Positions 53,000-64,000 of a stretch of 64,000 nt of DNA are shown here, piece after piece. The stretch is taken from NCBI GenBank assembly GCA_964016885.1, contig OZ024749.1, positions 13,826,001 through 13,890,000 of the forward strand, written 5' to 3'. Within the stretch, counting starts at the first letter, position 1; every line of letters starts with the position of its first letter. The notes beneath the pieces were generated by a model that saw nothing but the letters and a program-made list of their open reading frames with translations, was not told the DNA's origin and ran no database searches. Source of the stretch: Eledone cirrhosa. Lineage: Eukaryota. A program made the translations under genes and the position numbers.

Positions 53000-55900
53000 T
53001 CATGTGTATTGTGTGGGTGGCATTGCCAATATTTTATTGTGAGGTGGCTGTGTAGTACATATATGTTGTGTGGGTTGTGTTGTCAATACTTTATTGTGAG
53101 GTGGCTGTGTAGTATATGTATGTTGTGTGGGTTGTGCTGCCAATATTTTATTGTGAGGTGGCTGTGTAGTATATGTATGTTGTTTGGGTTGTGCTGTCAA
53201 TATTTTATTGTGAGGTGGCTGTGTAGTACATGTATGTTGTGTGGGTTGTGTTGTCAATACTTTATTGTGAGGTGGCTGTGTAGTACATGTATGTTGTGTG
53301 GGTTGTGTTGTCAATACTTTATTGTGAGGTGGCTGTGTAGTACATGTATGTTGTTTGGGTTGTGCTGCCAATATTTTATTGTGAGGTGGCTGTGTAGTAC
53401 ATGTATGTTGTGTGGGTTGTGTTGTCAATACTTTATTGTGAGGTGGCTGTGTAGTACATGTATGTTGTGTGGGTTGTGTTGCCAATATTTTATTGTGAGG
53501 TGGCTGTGTAGTACATGTATGTTGTGTGGGTTGTGTTGTCAATACTTTATTGTGAGGTGGCTGTGTAGTACATGTATGTTGTGTGGGTTGTGCTGCCAAT
53601 ATTTTATTGTGAGGTGGCTGTGTAGTACATGTATGTTGTGTGGGTTGTGCTGCCAATATTTTATTGTGAAGTGGCTGTGTTGCCAATATTTTATTGTGAG
53701 GTGGCTGTGTAGTGCATGTATGTTGTGTGGGTTGTGCTGCCAATATTTTATTGTGAGGTGGCTGTGTAGTACATGTATGTTGTTTGGGTTGTGCTGCCAA
53801 TATTTTATTGTGAGGTGGCTGTGTAGTACATGTATGTTGTGTGGGTTGTGCTGCCAATATTTTATTGTGAGGTGGTTGTGTAGTACATGTATGTTGTGTG
53901 GGTTGTGCTGCCAATATTTTATTGTGAGGTGGCTGTGTAGTGCATGTATGTTGTGTGGGTTGTGTTGTCAATACTTTATTGTGAGGTGGTTGTGTAGTAC
54001 ATGTATGTTGTGTGGGTTGTGCTGCCAATATTTTATTGTGAAGTGGCTGTGTAGTACATGTATGTTGTGTGGGTTGTATGCCAATATTTTATTGTGAGGT
54101 GGCTGTGTAGTACATGTATGTTGTGTGGGTTGTATGCCAATATTTTATTGTGAGGTGGCTGTGTAGTACATGTATGTTGTGTGGGTTGTGCTGCCAATAT
54201 TTTATTGTGAGGTGGCTGTGTAGTACATGTATGTCGTGTGGGTTGTGTTGTCAATATTTTATTGTGAGGTGGCTGTGTAGTACATGTATGTTGTGTGGGT
54301 TGTGTTGTCAATACTTTATTGTGAGGTGGCTGTGTAGTACATGTATGTTGTGTGGGTTGTGTTGCCAATATTTTATTGTGAGGTGGCTGTGTAGTACATG
54401 TATGTTGTGTGGGTTGTGCTGCCAATATTTTATTGTGAGGTGGTTGTGTAGTACATGTATGTTGTGTGGGTTGTGCTGCCAATATTTTATTGTGAGGTGG
54501 CTGTGTAGTGCATGTATGTTGTGTGGGTTGTGTTGTCAATACTTTATTGTGAGGTGGTTGTGTAGTACATGTATGTTGTGTGGGTTGTGCTGCCAATATT
54601 TTATTGTGAAGTGGCTGTGTAGTACATGTATGTTGTGTGGGTTGTATGCCAATATTTTATTGTGAGGTGGCTGTGTAGTACATGTATGTTGTGTGGGTTG
54701 TATGCCAATATTTTATTGTGAGGTGGCTGTGTAGTACATGTATGTTGTGTGGGTTGTGCTGCCAATATTTTATTGTGAGGTGGCTGTGTAGTACATGTAT
54801 GTCGTGTGGGTTGTGTTGTCAATATTTTATTGTGAGGTGGCTGTGTAGTACATGTATGTTGTGTGGGTTGTGTTGTCAATACTTTATTGTGAGGTGGCTG
54901 TGTAGTACATGTATGTTGTGTGGGTTGTGTTGCCAATATTTTATTGTGAGGTGGCTGTGTAGTACATGTATGTTGTGTGGGTTGTGTTGCCAATATTTTA
55001 TTGTGAGGTGGCTGTGTAGTACATGTATGTTGTGTGGGTTGTGTTGCCAATATTTTATTGTGAGGTGGCTGTGTAGTGCATGTATGTTGTGTGGGTTGTG
55101 TTGTCAATACTTTATTGTGAGGTGGCTGTGTAGTACATGTATGTTGTGTGGGTTGTATGCCAATATTTTATTGTGAGGTGGCTGTGTAGTACATGTATGT
55201 TGTGTGGGTTGTGTTGTCAATACTTTATTGTGAGGTGGCTGTGTAGTACATGTATGTTGTGTGGGTTGTGTTGCCAATATTTTATTGTGAGGTGGCTGTG
55301 TAGTACATGTATGTTGTGTGGGTTGTGTTGCCAATATTTTATAGTGAGGTGGCTGTGTAGTACATGTATGTTGTGTGGGTTGTGTTGCCAATATTTTATT
55401 GTGAGGTGGCTGTGTAGTGCATGTATGTTGTGTGGGTTGTGTTGTCAATACTTTATTGTGAGGTGGCTGTGTAGTACATGTATGTTGTGTGGGTTGTATG
55501 CCAATATTTTATTGTGAGGTGGCTGTGTAGTACATGTATGTTGTGTGGGTTGTGTTGTCAATACTTTATTGTGAGGTGGCTGTGTAGTACATGTATGTTG
55601 TGTGGGTTGTGTTGCCAATATTTTATTGTGAGGTGGCTGTGTAGTACATGTATGTTGTGTGGGTTGTGTTGCCAATATTTTATTGTGAGGTGGCTGTGTA
55701 GTACATGTATGTTGTGTGGGTTGTGCTGCCAATATTTTATTGTGAGGTGGCTGTGTAGTACATGTATGTTGTGTGGGTTGTGCTGCCAATATTTTATTGT
55801 GAGGTGGCTGTGTAGTACATGTATGTTGTGTGGGTTGTGCTGCCAATATTTTATTGTGAGGTGGCTGTGTAGTACATGTATGTTGTGTGGGTTGTGCTGC

Positions 55901-56138
55901 CAATATTTTATTGTGAGGTGGCTGTGTAGTACATGTATGTTGTGTGGGTTGTGCTGCCAATATTTTATTGTGAGGTGGCTGTGTAGTACATGTATGTTGT
56001 GTGGGTTGTGCTGCCAATATTTTATTGTGAGGTGGCTGTGTAGTACATGTATGTTGTGTGGGTTGTGTTGTCAATATTTTATTGTGAGGTGGCTGTGTAG
56101 TACATGTATGTTGTGTGGGTTGTGCTGCCAATATTTTG
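53000..56138. repeat. 57-bp minisatellite related to the 50-bp array
   Basis: attgtgaggtggctgtgtagtacatgtatgttgtgtgggttgtgctgccaatatttt; 19-aa periodic ORFs on both strands. Confidence 0.97.
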
Positions 56139-56667
56139 TCCATTTCTCAACATTCTTCACTCTATCCCAAACCATTTTGGAAATCTAAAGAAACATTATA
56201 TCTAATGTTATTCTCTTGTCTGACAATATTGGTTGATATAACATATAGACAGTTACACATCCCTAGAGTGACACATATTGCTATTGATACATACACACAC
56301 TTGCACACACACACAGCTACACACTTACATACCTACACATACACACACATACACTTATGGTTGGTATAACATATTGACAATTTTACACATCCTAGAGTGA
56401 CACGTATTGGTATTAACACACACACACACACATATATACACACGTACACAGCTACACACACACAGAGCTACACAGAGCTGCACACACACACAAATGCACA
56501 TACAACCACAGAAAGACCCCCCCCCCACACACACACACACATCCACACCCACATAGGAAGTCTACCAAACAAATCCGCCAGTTTTTCAGTTTCCCATTTT
56601 ATACTCTTCACACATCATTGCTTCAACACGCCTGAATATATACAGAAACACACCAGTATATATATAC

Positions 56668-56699
<32 letters not shown>

Positions 56700-56714
56700 A
56701 TATAGAATGTACAT

Positions 56715-57485
56715 AATGCAGATCTTGGGTACACAAGCGATGTAGTGGGGTAGCAGGCAAAGTAAAAGGTAGGGAAAACTACATATGCAGTAGATGCTCA
56801 CGGAAATTTGACAGTAGAAGTCGTAGTGATAGACACATCTTTCAAATGCAGGTAGGATTTATAGAGGTGGTTGATAGCTTCGGATACCTAGGCGATCAGA
56901 TTAGCAAGGGGGGAGGGTGCTCCGAGGCCATAGCATCTAGAATAAGGACGGGTTGGTAGAAGTTTAGGGAGCTGCTTCCTCTGTTGACAAAGAAGAGTTT
57001 CTCCCTACAAACGTAAGGCTGGTTATATGATGCCTGTGTGAGATGTGCAATGCTGCATGGTAGTGAGACATGGGCAGCAACTGCGGAGGTTATGTGACGC
57101 CTGGAGAGAAATGAAGCAAGCATGCTCTGTTGGATGTGCATGAACAACCAAGCATAGACGAGTTGAGAGAGAAACTGTGTATAAGAGGAATAAGCTGTAG
57201 TGTGCAGGAGAGAAGACTGCATTGGTATGGATATGTGGTGCGCATGGAGGATGACTGCTGGGTAAAGAAGTGCCAAGAAATCCCAGTGGAAGGAAGATGC
57301 AGTAGAGGAAGACCACAAAAATCATGGGTAGAGGTGGTGTGTTCTGACCTCAGATCGCTGAAGCTCACAGTGGAGATGACAAAGGACCATGACAAATGGA
57401 GAGATGCTGTACTGAATAAGATCCGTCCCACCCTTGCAAGCAGGGAAAAGCAGACGTAAAATGATGATGATGATGATGATGATAT
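56715..57485 (+). mobile_element. Decayed 3' fragment of the same RTE family as 19630-21600
   Basis: High nucleotide similarity to 20820-21600; ends ...ASREKQT* followed by (ATG)n. Confidence 0.9.
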
Positions 57486-57590
57486 ATATATGTTATATGA
57501 TATATATGATATATATATCCATAGAAAAGGTAAAGGAAAGAAAAGTGCTCTAACAGAGCTATTTAATTACATAATAAACAACACAATATA

Positions 57591-57668
57591 ATTATTCCAT
57601 TACCAAAGGTTTCAGGAGACTAGACGATCCTTACAGAAATGTCCAGCTCTTTCATCAGATGAAATAAT
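57591..57668 (-). ncRNA. Type I hammerhead ribozyme
   Basis: attatttcat-CTGATGA-aagagctggac...gtctagtctcct-GAAA-cctttgg-TA-atggaataat: all three helices form, GUA cleavage triplet. Confidence 0.85.
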
Positions 57669-57693
57669 TATAATGTGTTGTTTATTATGTAAT

Positions 57694-57726
<33 letters not shown>

Positions 57727-58584
57727 TTAAAAAAAAAAAAAATGACTTCACTTGTAGTTCTAAACAATTTAATTTTATAATATTATAATTTTACAATTTG
57801 GTTTTGTATATCTAATAAATTCTTTGTTAACTTTGGTGGGGAGATTTTAAAGATTCCTGGTTAACTTTCCTGGAGAACTTTCTCGCATTCATCGGTGGCA
57901 ATTGTCAATCAGTTTGACAATTGCCACCAACAAATGCGAGAAAGTTCTCCAGGAAAGTTAACCAGGAGTCTTTAAAAATCTCCCCACCAAAGTTAACAAA
58001 GAACTTATTAGATATACAAAACCAAATTGTAAAATAATAATATTATAAAATTAAATTGTTTAGAACTACAAGTGAAGTTATTCTTTCCCTTTTTTCAAAT
58101 ATACCTAACTGTACCAAGGATTTCACACATTTTCCAATATATGTGTGTGTGTGCAGAGACACCTATATATACAGTAACACACCTGTATATATATACAGTA
58201 ACACACCTGTATATATATACAGTAACACACCTGTATATATATACAGAGACGTCTATATATACAGTAACGCACCTGTATATCAGTATTTGACTGGTATTTT
58301 GTTTTATCTACCCCAGGGAGATGAAAACCAAAATTTACTTTGGTGGGATTTGAACTTAGAATGTAACAGATTGTAACTAAATGCTGCAACACATTTCTTC
58401 TGATGTTTTAATGATTCAACCAATCTTCAGAAAAACCCCTACATGTCCAATACACACCAAAAACGTTAAAGTGAGGAAGTAAACACAACAAAACTGATTA
58501 AGAAGCATTGAAGTAAGAGTCGAGACTGAATGATTTCTAATTTCAGTACAAGACCAAGGCTACTCCACCAGAAACCACCAGAGA

Positions 58585-58716
58585 TACATACCCTGGAAGT
58601 TATGCCAACATTATGAAATACCAACAGACAAAAGAGTAGGTGTCAGAGAATGACAAAGTAACCATACTTGGGATTTACCAATATATACTGACAGGGAGAC
58701 CAAAGCCAACTGACCT
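58585..58716 (+). mobile_element. R4/NeSL-type non-LTR retrotransposon fragment
   Basis: WKLCQHYEI ... ENDKVTIL-WDLPIYTDRETKAN*P (frameshifted), similar to the ILWD..I.TD..I.ANRPD endonuclease motif. Confidence 0.55.
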
Positions 58717-61700
58717 GTGGTAGTGGTAGTGGAGGTAGCAGGGAGAGTGGGGGTGTAATGGTAGTGGGAATTGGAGTGGGAGTGGGAGTGGGGGTAGCAG
58801 GGAGAGTGGGGGTGGTAATGGTAGTGGGAATGGTAGTGGGAGTGGTAGTGGAGGTAGCAGGGAGTGTGGGGGTGTAATGGTAGTGGGAATTGGAGTGGTA
58901 GTGGTAGTGGAGGTAGCAGGGAGAGTGGGGGTGGTAATGGTAGTGGGAATGGTAGTGGGAGTGGTAGTGGAGGTAGCAGGGAGAGTGGGGGTGTAATGGT
59001 AGTGGGAATTGGAGTGGGAGTGGGAGTGGGGGTAGCAGGGAGAGTGGGGGTGTAATGGTAGTGGGAATTGGAGTGGGAGTGGGAGTGGGGGTAGCAGGGA
59101 GAGTGGGGGCGGTAATGGTAGTGGGAATGGTAGTGGGAGTGGTAGTGGAGGTAGCAGGGAGAGTGGGGGTGGTAATGGTAGTGGGAATGGTAGTGGGAGT
59201 GGTAGTGGAGGTAGCAGGGAGAGTGGGGGTGGTAATGGTAGTGGGAATGGTAGTGGGAGTGGGAGTGGGGGTAGCAGGGAGAGTGGGGGTGTAATGGTAG
59301 TGGGAATTGGAGTGGGAGTGGGAGTGGGGGTAGCAGGGAGAGTGGGGGCGGTAATGGTAGTGGGAATGGTAGTGGGAGTGGTAGTGGAGGTAGCAGGGAG
59401 AGTGGGGGTGTAATGGTAGTGGGAATTGGAGTGGGAGTGGGAGTGGGGGTAGCAGGGAGAGTGGGGGTGGTAATGGTAGTGGGAATGGTAGTGGGAGTGG
59501 TAGTGGAGGTAGCAGGGAGAGTGGGGGTGTAATGGTAGTGGGAATTGGAGTGGGGGTAGCAGGGAGAGTGGGGGTGTAATGGTAGTGGGAATGGTAGTGG
59601 GAGTGGTAGTGGAGGTAGCAGGGAGAGTGGGGGTGTAATGGTAGTGGGAATGGTAGTGGGAGTGGTAGTGGAGGTAGCAGGGAGAGTGGGGGTGTAATGG
59701 TAGTGGGAATTGGAGTGGGAGTGGGAGTGGGGGTAGCAGGGAGAGTGGGGGTGTAATGGTAGTGGGAATTGGAGTGGGAGTGGGAGTGGGGGTAGCAGGG
59801 AGAGTGGGGGCGGTAATGGTAGTGGGAATGGTAGTGGGAGTGGTAGTGGAGGTAGCAGGGAGAGTGGGGGTGGTAATGGTAGTGGGAATGGTAGTGGGAG
59901 TGGTAGTGGAGGTAGCAGGGAGAGTGGGGGTGGTAATGGTAGTGGGAATGGTAGTGGGAGTGGGAGTGGGGGTAGCAGGGAGAGTGGGGGTGTAATGGTA
60001 GTGGGAATTGGAGTGGGAGTGGGAGTGGGGGTAGCAGGGAGAGTGGGGGCGGTAATGGTAGTGGGAATGGTAGTGGGAGTGGTAGTGGAGGTAGCAGGGA
60101 GAGTGGGGGTGTAATGGTAGTGGGAATTGGAGTGGGAGTGGGAGTGGGGGTAGCAGGGAGAGTGGGGGTGGTAATGGTAGTGGGAATGGTAGTGGGAGTG
60201 GTAGTGGAGGTAGCAGGGAGAGTGGGGGTGTAATGGTAGTGGGAATTGGAGTGGGGGTAGCAGGGAGAGTGGGGGTGTAATGGTAGTGGGAATGGTAGTG
60301 GGAGTGGTAGTGGAGGTAGCAGGGAGAGTGGGGGTGTAATGGTAGTGGGAATGGTAGTGGGAGTGGTAGTGGAGGTAGCAGGGAGAGTGGGGGTGTAATG
60401 GTAGTGGGAATTGGAGTGGGAGTGGGAGTGGGGGGGAGTAGTGGAGGTAGCAGGATGAGTGGGAGTGACAGTGGTAGTGGAGGTAGCAGGGAGAGTGGGA
60501 GTGACAGTGGTGGTGGAGGTAGCAGGGAGAGTGGGAGTGACAGTGGGGTGGTAGTGGGAGTGGGGTGGTAGTGGAGGTAGCAGATAGAGTGAGAATGACA
60601 GTGGGAGTGAGAGTGGGAGTGGAAGTGGGAGTGAGAGTCAGAGTGACAGTAGGAGTGGTAGTGGTAGTGGTAGTGAGTGTAGGAGTGACAGTGACAGTAG
60701 GAGTGATAGTGACAGTAGGAGTAGTAGTGACATTGGTAGTGACAGTGGAAGTAGTAGTGACAGTAGGAGTATTAGTGACAGTAGGAGTATTAGTGACAGT
60801 AGGAGTATTAGTGACAGTGGAGGTCGGAGTGACAGTGGTAGTGACAGTAGGAGTGGTAGTGGTAGTGACAGTAGGAGTGACAGTGGGAGTGGGAGTGACA
60901 GTGACAGTAGGAGTAGTAGTGACAGTAGGAGTGGGAGTGACAGTAGGAGAGGGAGTGACAGTAGGAGTGAGAGTGACAGTAGGAGTAGTAGTGACAATAG
61001 GAGTGACAGTGGTAGTGACAGTAGGAGTGATACTGACAGTGACAGTAGGAATAGGAATGATAGAGGTAGTGGGAGTAGGAGTAGGAGTGACAGTGGAGGT
61101 CGGAGTGACAGTGGTAGTGACAGTGGGAGTGACAGTGACAGTCGGAGTGACAGTGGTAGTGGAGGTAGGAGTGACAGTGGTAGTGACAGTAGGAGTGACA
61201 GTGACAGTAGGAGTAGGAGTGACAGTGGAGGTAGGAGTGACAGTGGTAGTGACAGTAGGAGTGGTAGTGACAGTAGGAGTGACAGTGACAGTAGGAGTGG
61301 GAGTGACAGTAGGAGAGGGAGTGATAGTAGGAGTGAGAGTGACAGTAGTAGTAGTGACAGTAGGAGTGACAGTGGTAGTGACAGTGACAGTGGGAGTATT
61401 AGTGACAGTATGAGTAGGAGTGACAGTGGAGGTCGGAGTGACAGTGGTAGTGACAGTGGGAGTGACAGTGACAGTCGGAGTGACAGTGGTAGCGGAGGTA
61501 GGAGTGACAGTGGTAGTGACAGTAGTAGTGACAGTAGGAGTATGAGTGACAGTGGGAGTAGGAGTGACAGTGACAGTAGGAGTGACAGTGGTAGTGACAG
61601 TAGTAGTGACAGTAGGAGTATGAGTGACAGTGGGAGTAGGAGTGACAGTGACAGTAGGAGTGACAGTGGTAGTGACAGTGGAAGTAGTAGTGACAGTGGA

Positions 61701-61765
61701 GGTAGGAGTGACAGTGGTAGTGACAGTAGGAGTGACAGTGGGAGTAGGAGTGACAGTGGAGGTAG
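58716..61765. repeat. G-rich hexamer-based complex satellite (GGGAGT/GGTAGT, then GTGACA/GTAGGA)
   Basis: Direct inspection; strong strand purine/G bias. Confidence 0.93.
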
Positions 61766-61844
61766 CCACAGGAGATAATATTCAGCTAATTATCACCAAA
61801 ATATAATTAAAAAGCCAGAAAGTCAATAATGGATGGAAATAAGA

Positions 61845-64000
61845 CCAGTCTATTTAGTTATTTGTATTTAAGAGGGTGATGGTCAGTTGTGGAAGGGAGG
61901 AGGCCAGAGTCTATTTAGTTATTTGTATTTAAGAGGGTGATGGTCAGTTGTGGAAGGGAGGAGGCCAGAGTCTATTTAGTTATTTGTATTTAAGAGGGTG
62001 ATGGTCAGTTGTGGAAGGGAGGAGGCCAGAGTCTATTTAGTTATTTGTATTTAAGAGGGTGATGGTCAGTTGTGGAAGGGAGGAGGCCAGAGTCTATTTA
62101 GTTATTTGTATTTAAGAGGGTGATGGTCAGTTGTGGAAGGGAGGAGGCCAGTGTCTATTTAGTTATTTGCATTTAAAAGGGTGATGGTCAGTTGTGGAAG
62201 GGAGGAGGCCAGAGTCTATTTAGTTATTTGCATTTAAAAGGGTGATGGTCAGTTGTGGAAGGGAGGAGGCCAGTGTCTATTTAGTTATTTGCATTTAAAA
62301 GGGTGATGGTCAGTTGTGGAAGGGAGGAGGCCAGAGTCTATTTAGTTATTTGTATTTAAGAGGGTGATGGTCAGTTGTGGAAGGGAGGAGGCCAGAGTCT
62401 ATTTAGTTATTTGCATTTAAAAGGGTGATGGTCAGTTGTGGAAGGGAGGAGGCCAGAGTCTATTTAGTTATTTGTATTTAAGAGGGTGATGGTCAGTTGT
62501 GGAAGGGAGGAGGCCAGAGTCTATTTAGTTATTTGTATTTAAGAGGGTGATGGTCAGTTGTGGAAGGGAGGAGGCCAGAGTCTATTTAGTTATTTGCATT
62601 TAAAAGGGTGATGGTCAGTTGTGGAAGGGAGGAGGCCAGAGTCTATTTAGTTATTTGCATTTAAAAGGGTGATGGTCAGTTGTGGAAGGGAGGAGGCCAG
62701 AGTCTATTTAGTTATTTGTATTTAAGAGGGTGATGGTCAGTTGTGGAAGGGAGGAGGCCAGAGTCTATTTAGTTATTTGTATTTAAGAGGGTGATGGTCA
62801 GTTGTGGAAGGGAGGAGGCCAGAGTCTATTTAGTTATTTGTATTTAAGAGGGTGATGGTCAGTTGTGGAAGGGAGGAGGCCAGAGTCTATTTAGTTATTT
62901 GTATTTAAGAGGGTGATGGTCAGTTGTGGAAGGGAGGAGGCCAGTGTCTATTTAGTTATTTGCATTTAAAAGGGTGATGGTCAGTTGTGGAAGGGAGGAG
63001 GCCAGAGTCTATTTAGTTATTTGCATTTAAAAGGGTGATGGTCAGTTGTGGAAGGGAGGAGGCCAGTGTCTATTTAGTTATTTGTATTTAAGAGGGCGAT
63101 GGTCAGTTGTGGAAGGGAGGAGGCCAGAGTCTATTTAGTTATTTGTATTTAAGAGGGTGATGGTCAGTTGTGGAAGGGAGGAGGCCAGAGTCTATTTAGT
63201 TATTTGCATTTAAAAGGGTGATGGTCAGTTGTGGAAGGGAGGAGGCCAGAGTCTATTTAGTTATTTGCATTTAAAAGGGTGATGGTCAGTTGTGGAAGGG
63301 AGGAGGCCAGTGTCTATTTAGTTATTTGTATTTAAGAGGGTGATGGTCAGTTGTGGAAGGGAGGAGGCCAGAGTCTATTTAGTTATTTGCATTTAAAAGG
63401 GTGATGGTCAGTTGTGGAAGGGAGGAGGCCAGAGTCTATTTAGTTATTTGCATTTAAAAGGGTGATGGTCAGTTGTGGAAGGGAGGAGGCCAGAGTCTAT
63501 TTAGTTATTTGCATTTAAAAGGGTGATGGTCAGTTGTGGAAGGGAGGAGGCCAGAGTCTATTTAGTTATTTGCATTTAAAAGGGTGATGGTCAGTTGTGG
63601 AAGGGAGGAGGCCAGAGTCTATTTAGTTATTTGTATTTAAGAGGGTGATGGTCAGTTGTGGAAGGGAGGAGGCCAGAGTCTATTTAGTTATTTGCATTTA
63701 AAAGGGTGATGGTCAGTTGTGGAAGGGAGGAGGCCAGAGTCTATTTAGTTATTTGTATTTAAGAGGGTGATGGTCAGTTGTGGAAGGGAGGAGGCCAGAG
63801 TCTATTTAGTTATTTGTATTTAAGAGGGTGATGGTCAGTTGTGGAAGGGAGGAGGCCAGAGTCTATTTAGTTATTTGTATTTAAGAGGGTGATGGTCAGT
63901 TGTGGAAGGGAAGAGGCCAGAGTCTATTTAGTTATTTGTATTTAAGAGGGTGATGGTCAGTTGTGGAAGGGAGGAGGCCAGAGTCTATTTAGTTATTTGC
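61845..64000. repeat. 61-bp minisatellite running off window end
   Basis: agtctatttagttatttgtatttaagagggtgatggtcagttgtggaagggaggaggccag; two SNP-defined unit types (gta..gag / gca..aag). Confidence 0.97.

Noticed and set aside
53000-56188. Long periodic ORFs on both strands
   Set aside because: Consequence of a 57-bp (3n) minisatellite.
58611-61769. 1052-aa Thr/Pro/Val mucin-like ORF
   Set aside because: It lies almost entirely within hexamer satellite, frames are open on both strands, and there is no signal peptide or unique domain.

Overview
This is a repeat-rich, AT-rich animal genomic window. The repeat landscape suggests a cephalopod such as octopus, but that is inference. One gene dominates: a minus-strand alanyl-tRNA synthetase, most likely the mitochondrial AARS2. 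I traced 19 coding exons by hand (ATG at 40015, last visible exon 1702-1583, about 863 codons, all GT-AG with consistent phases); the gene continues beyond the left edge. Introns and upstream DNA hold minisatellites, a ~1 kb-unit tandem array with an internal fold-back inversion, tRNA-derived SINEs, RTE LINEs (one with an uninterrupted RT ORF), CRE-, CR1- and R4/NeSL-type LINE fragments, and a decayed Penelope-like element (RT + GIY-YIG) with a 3' hammerhead ribozyme. Two signals stand out. (1) Many short fold-back palindromes of unrelated sequence, mostly next to (TA)n tracts, carry type I hammerhead ribozyme motifs, and several inversion junctions fall on ribozyme helices. (2) Two AARS2 editing-domain exons have tandemly amplified 3' splice sites that form arrays of decoy acceptors.
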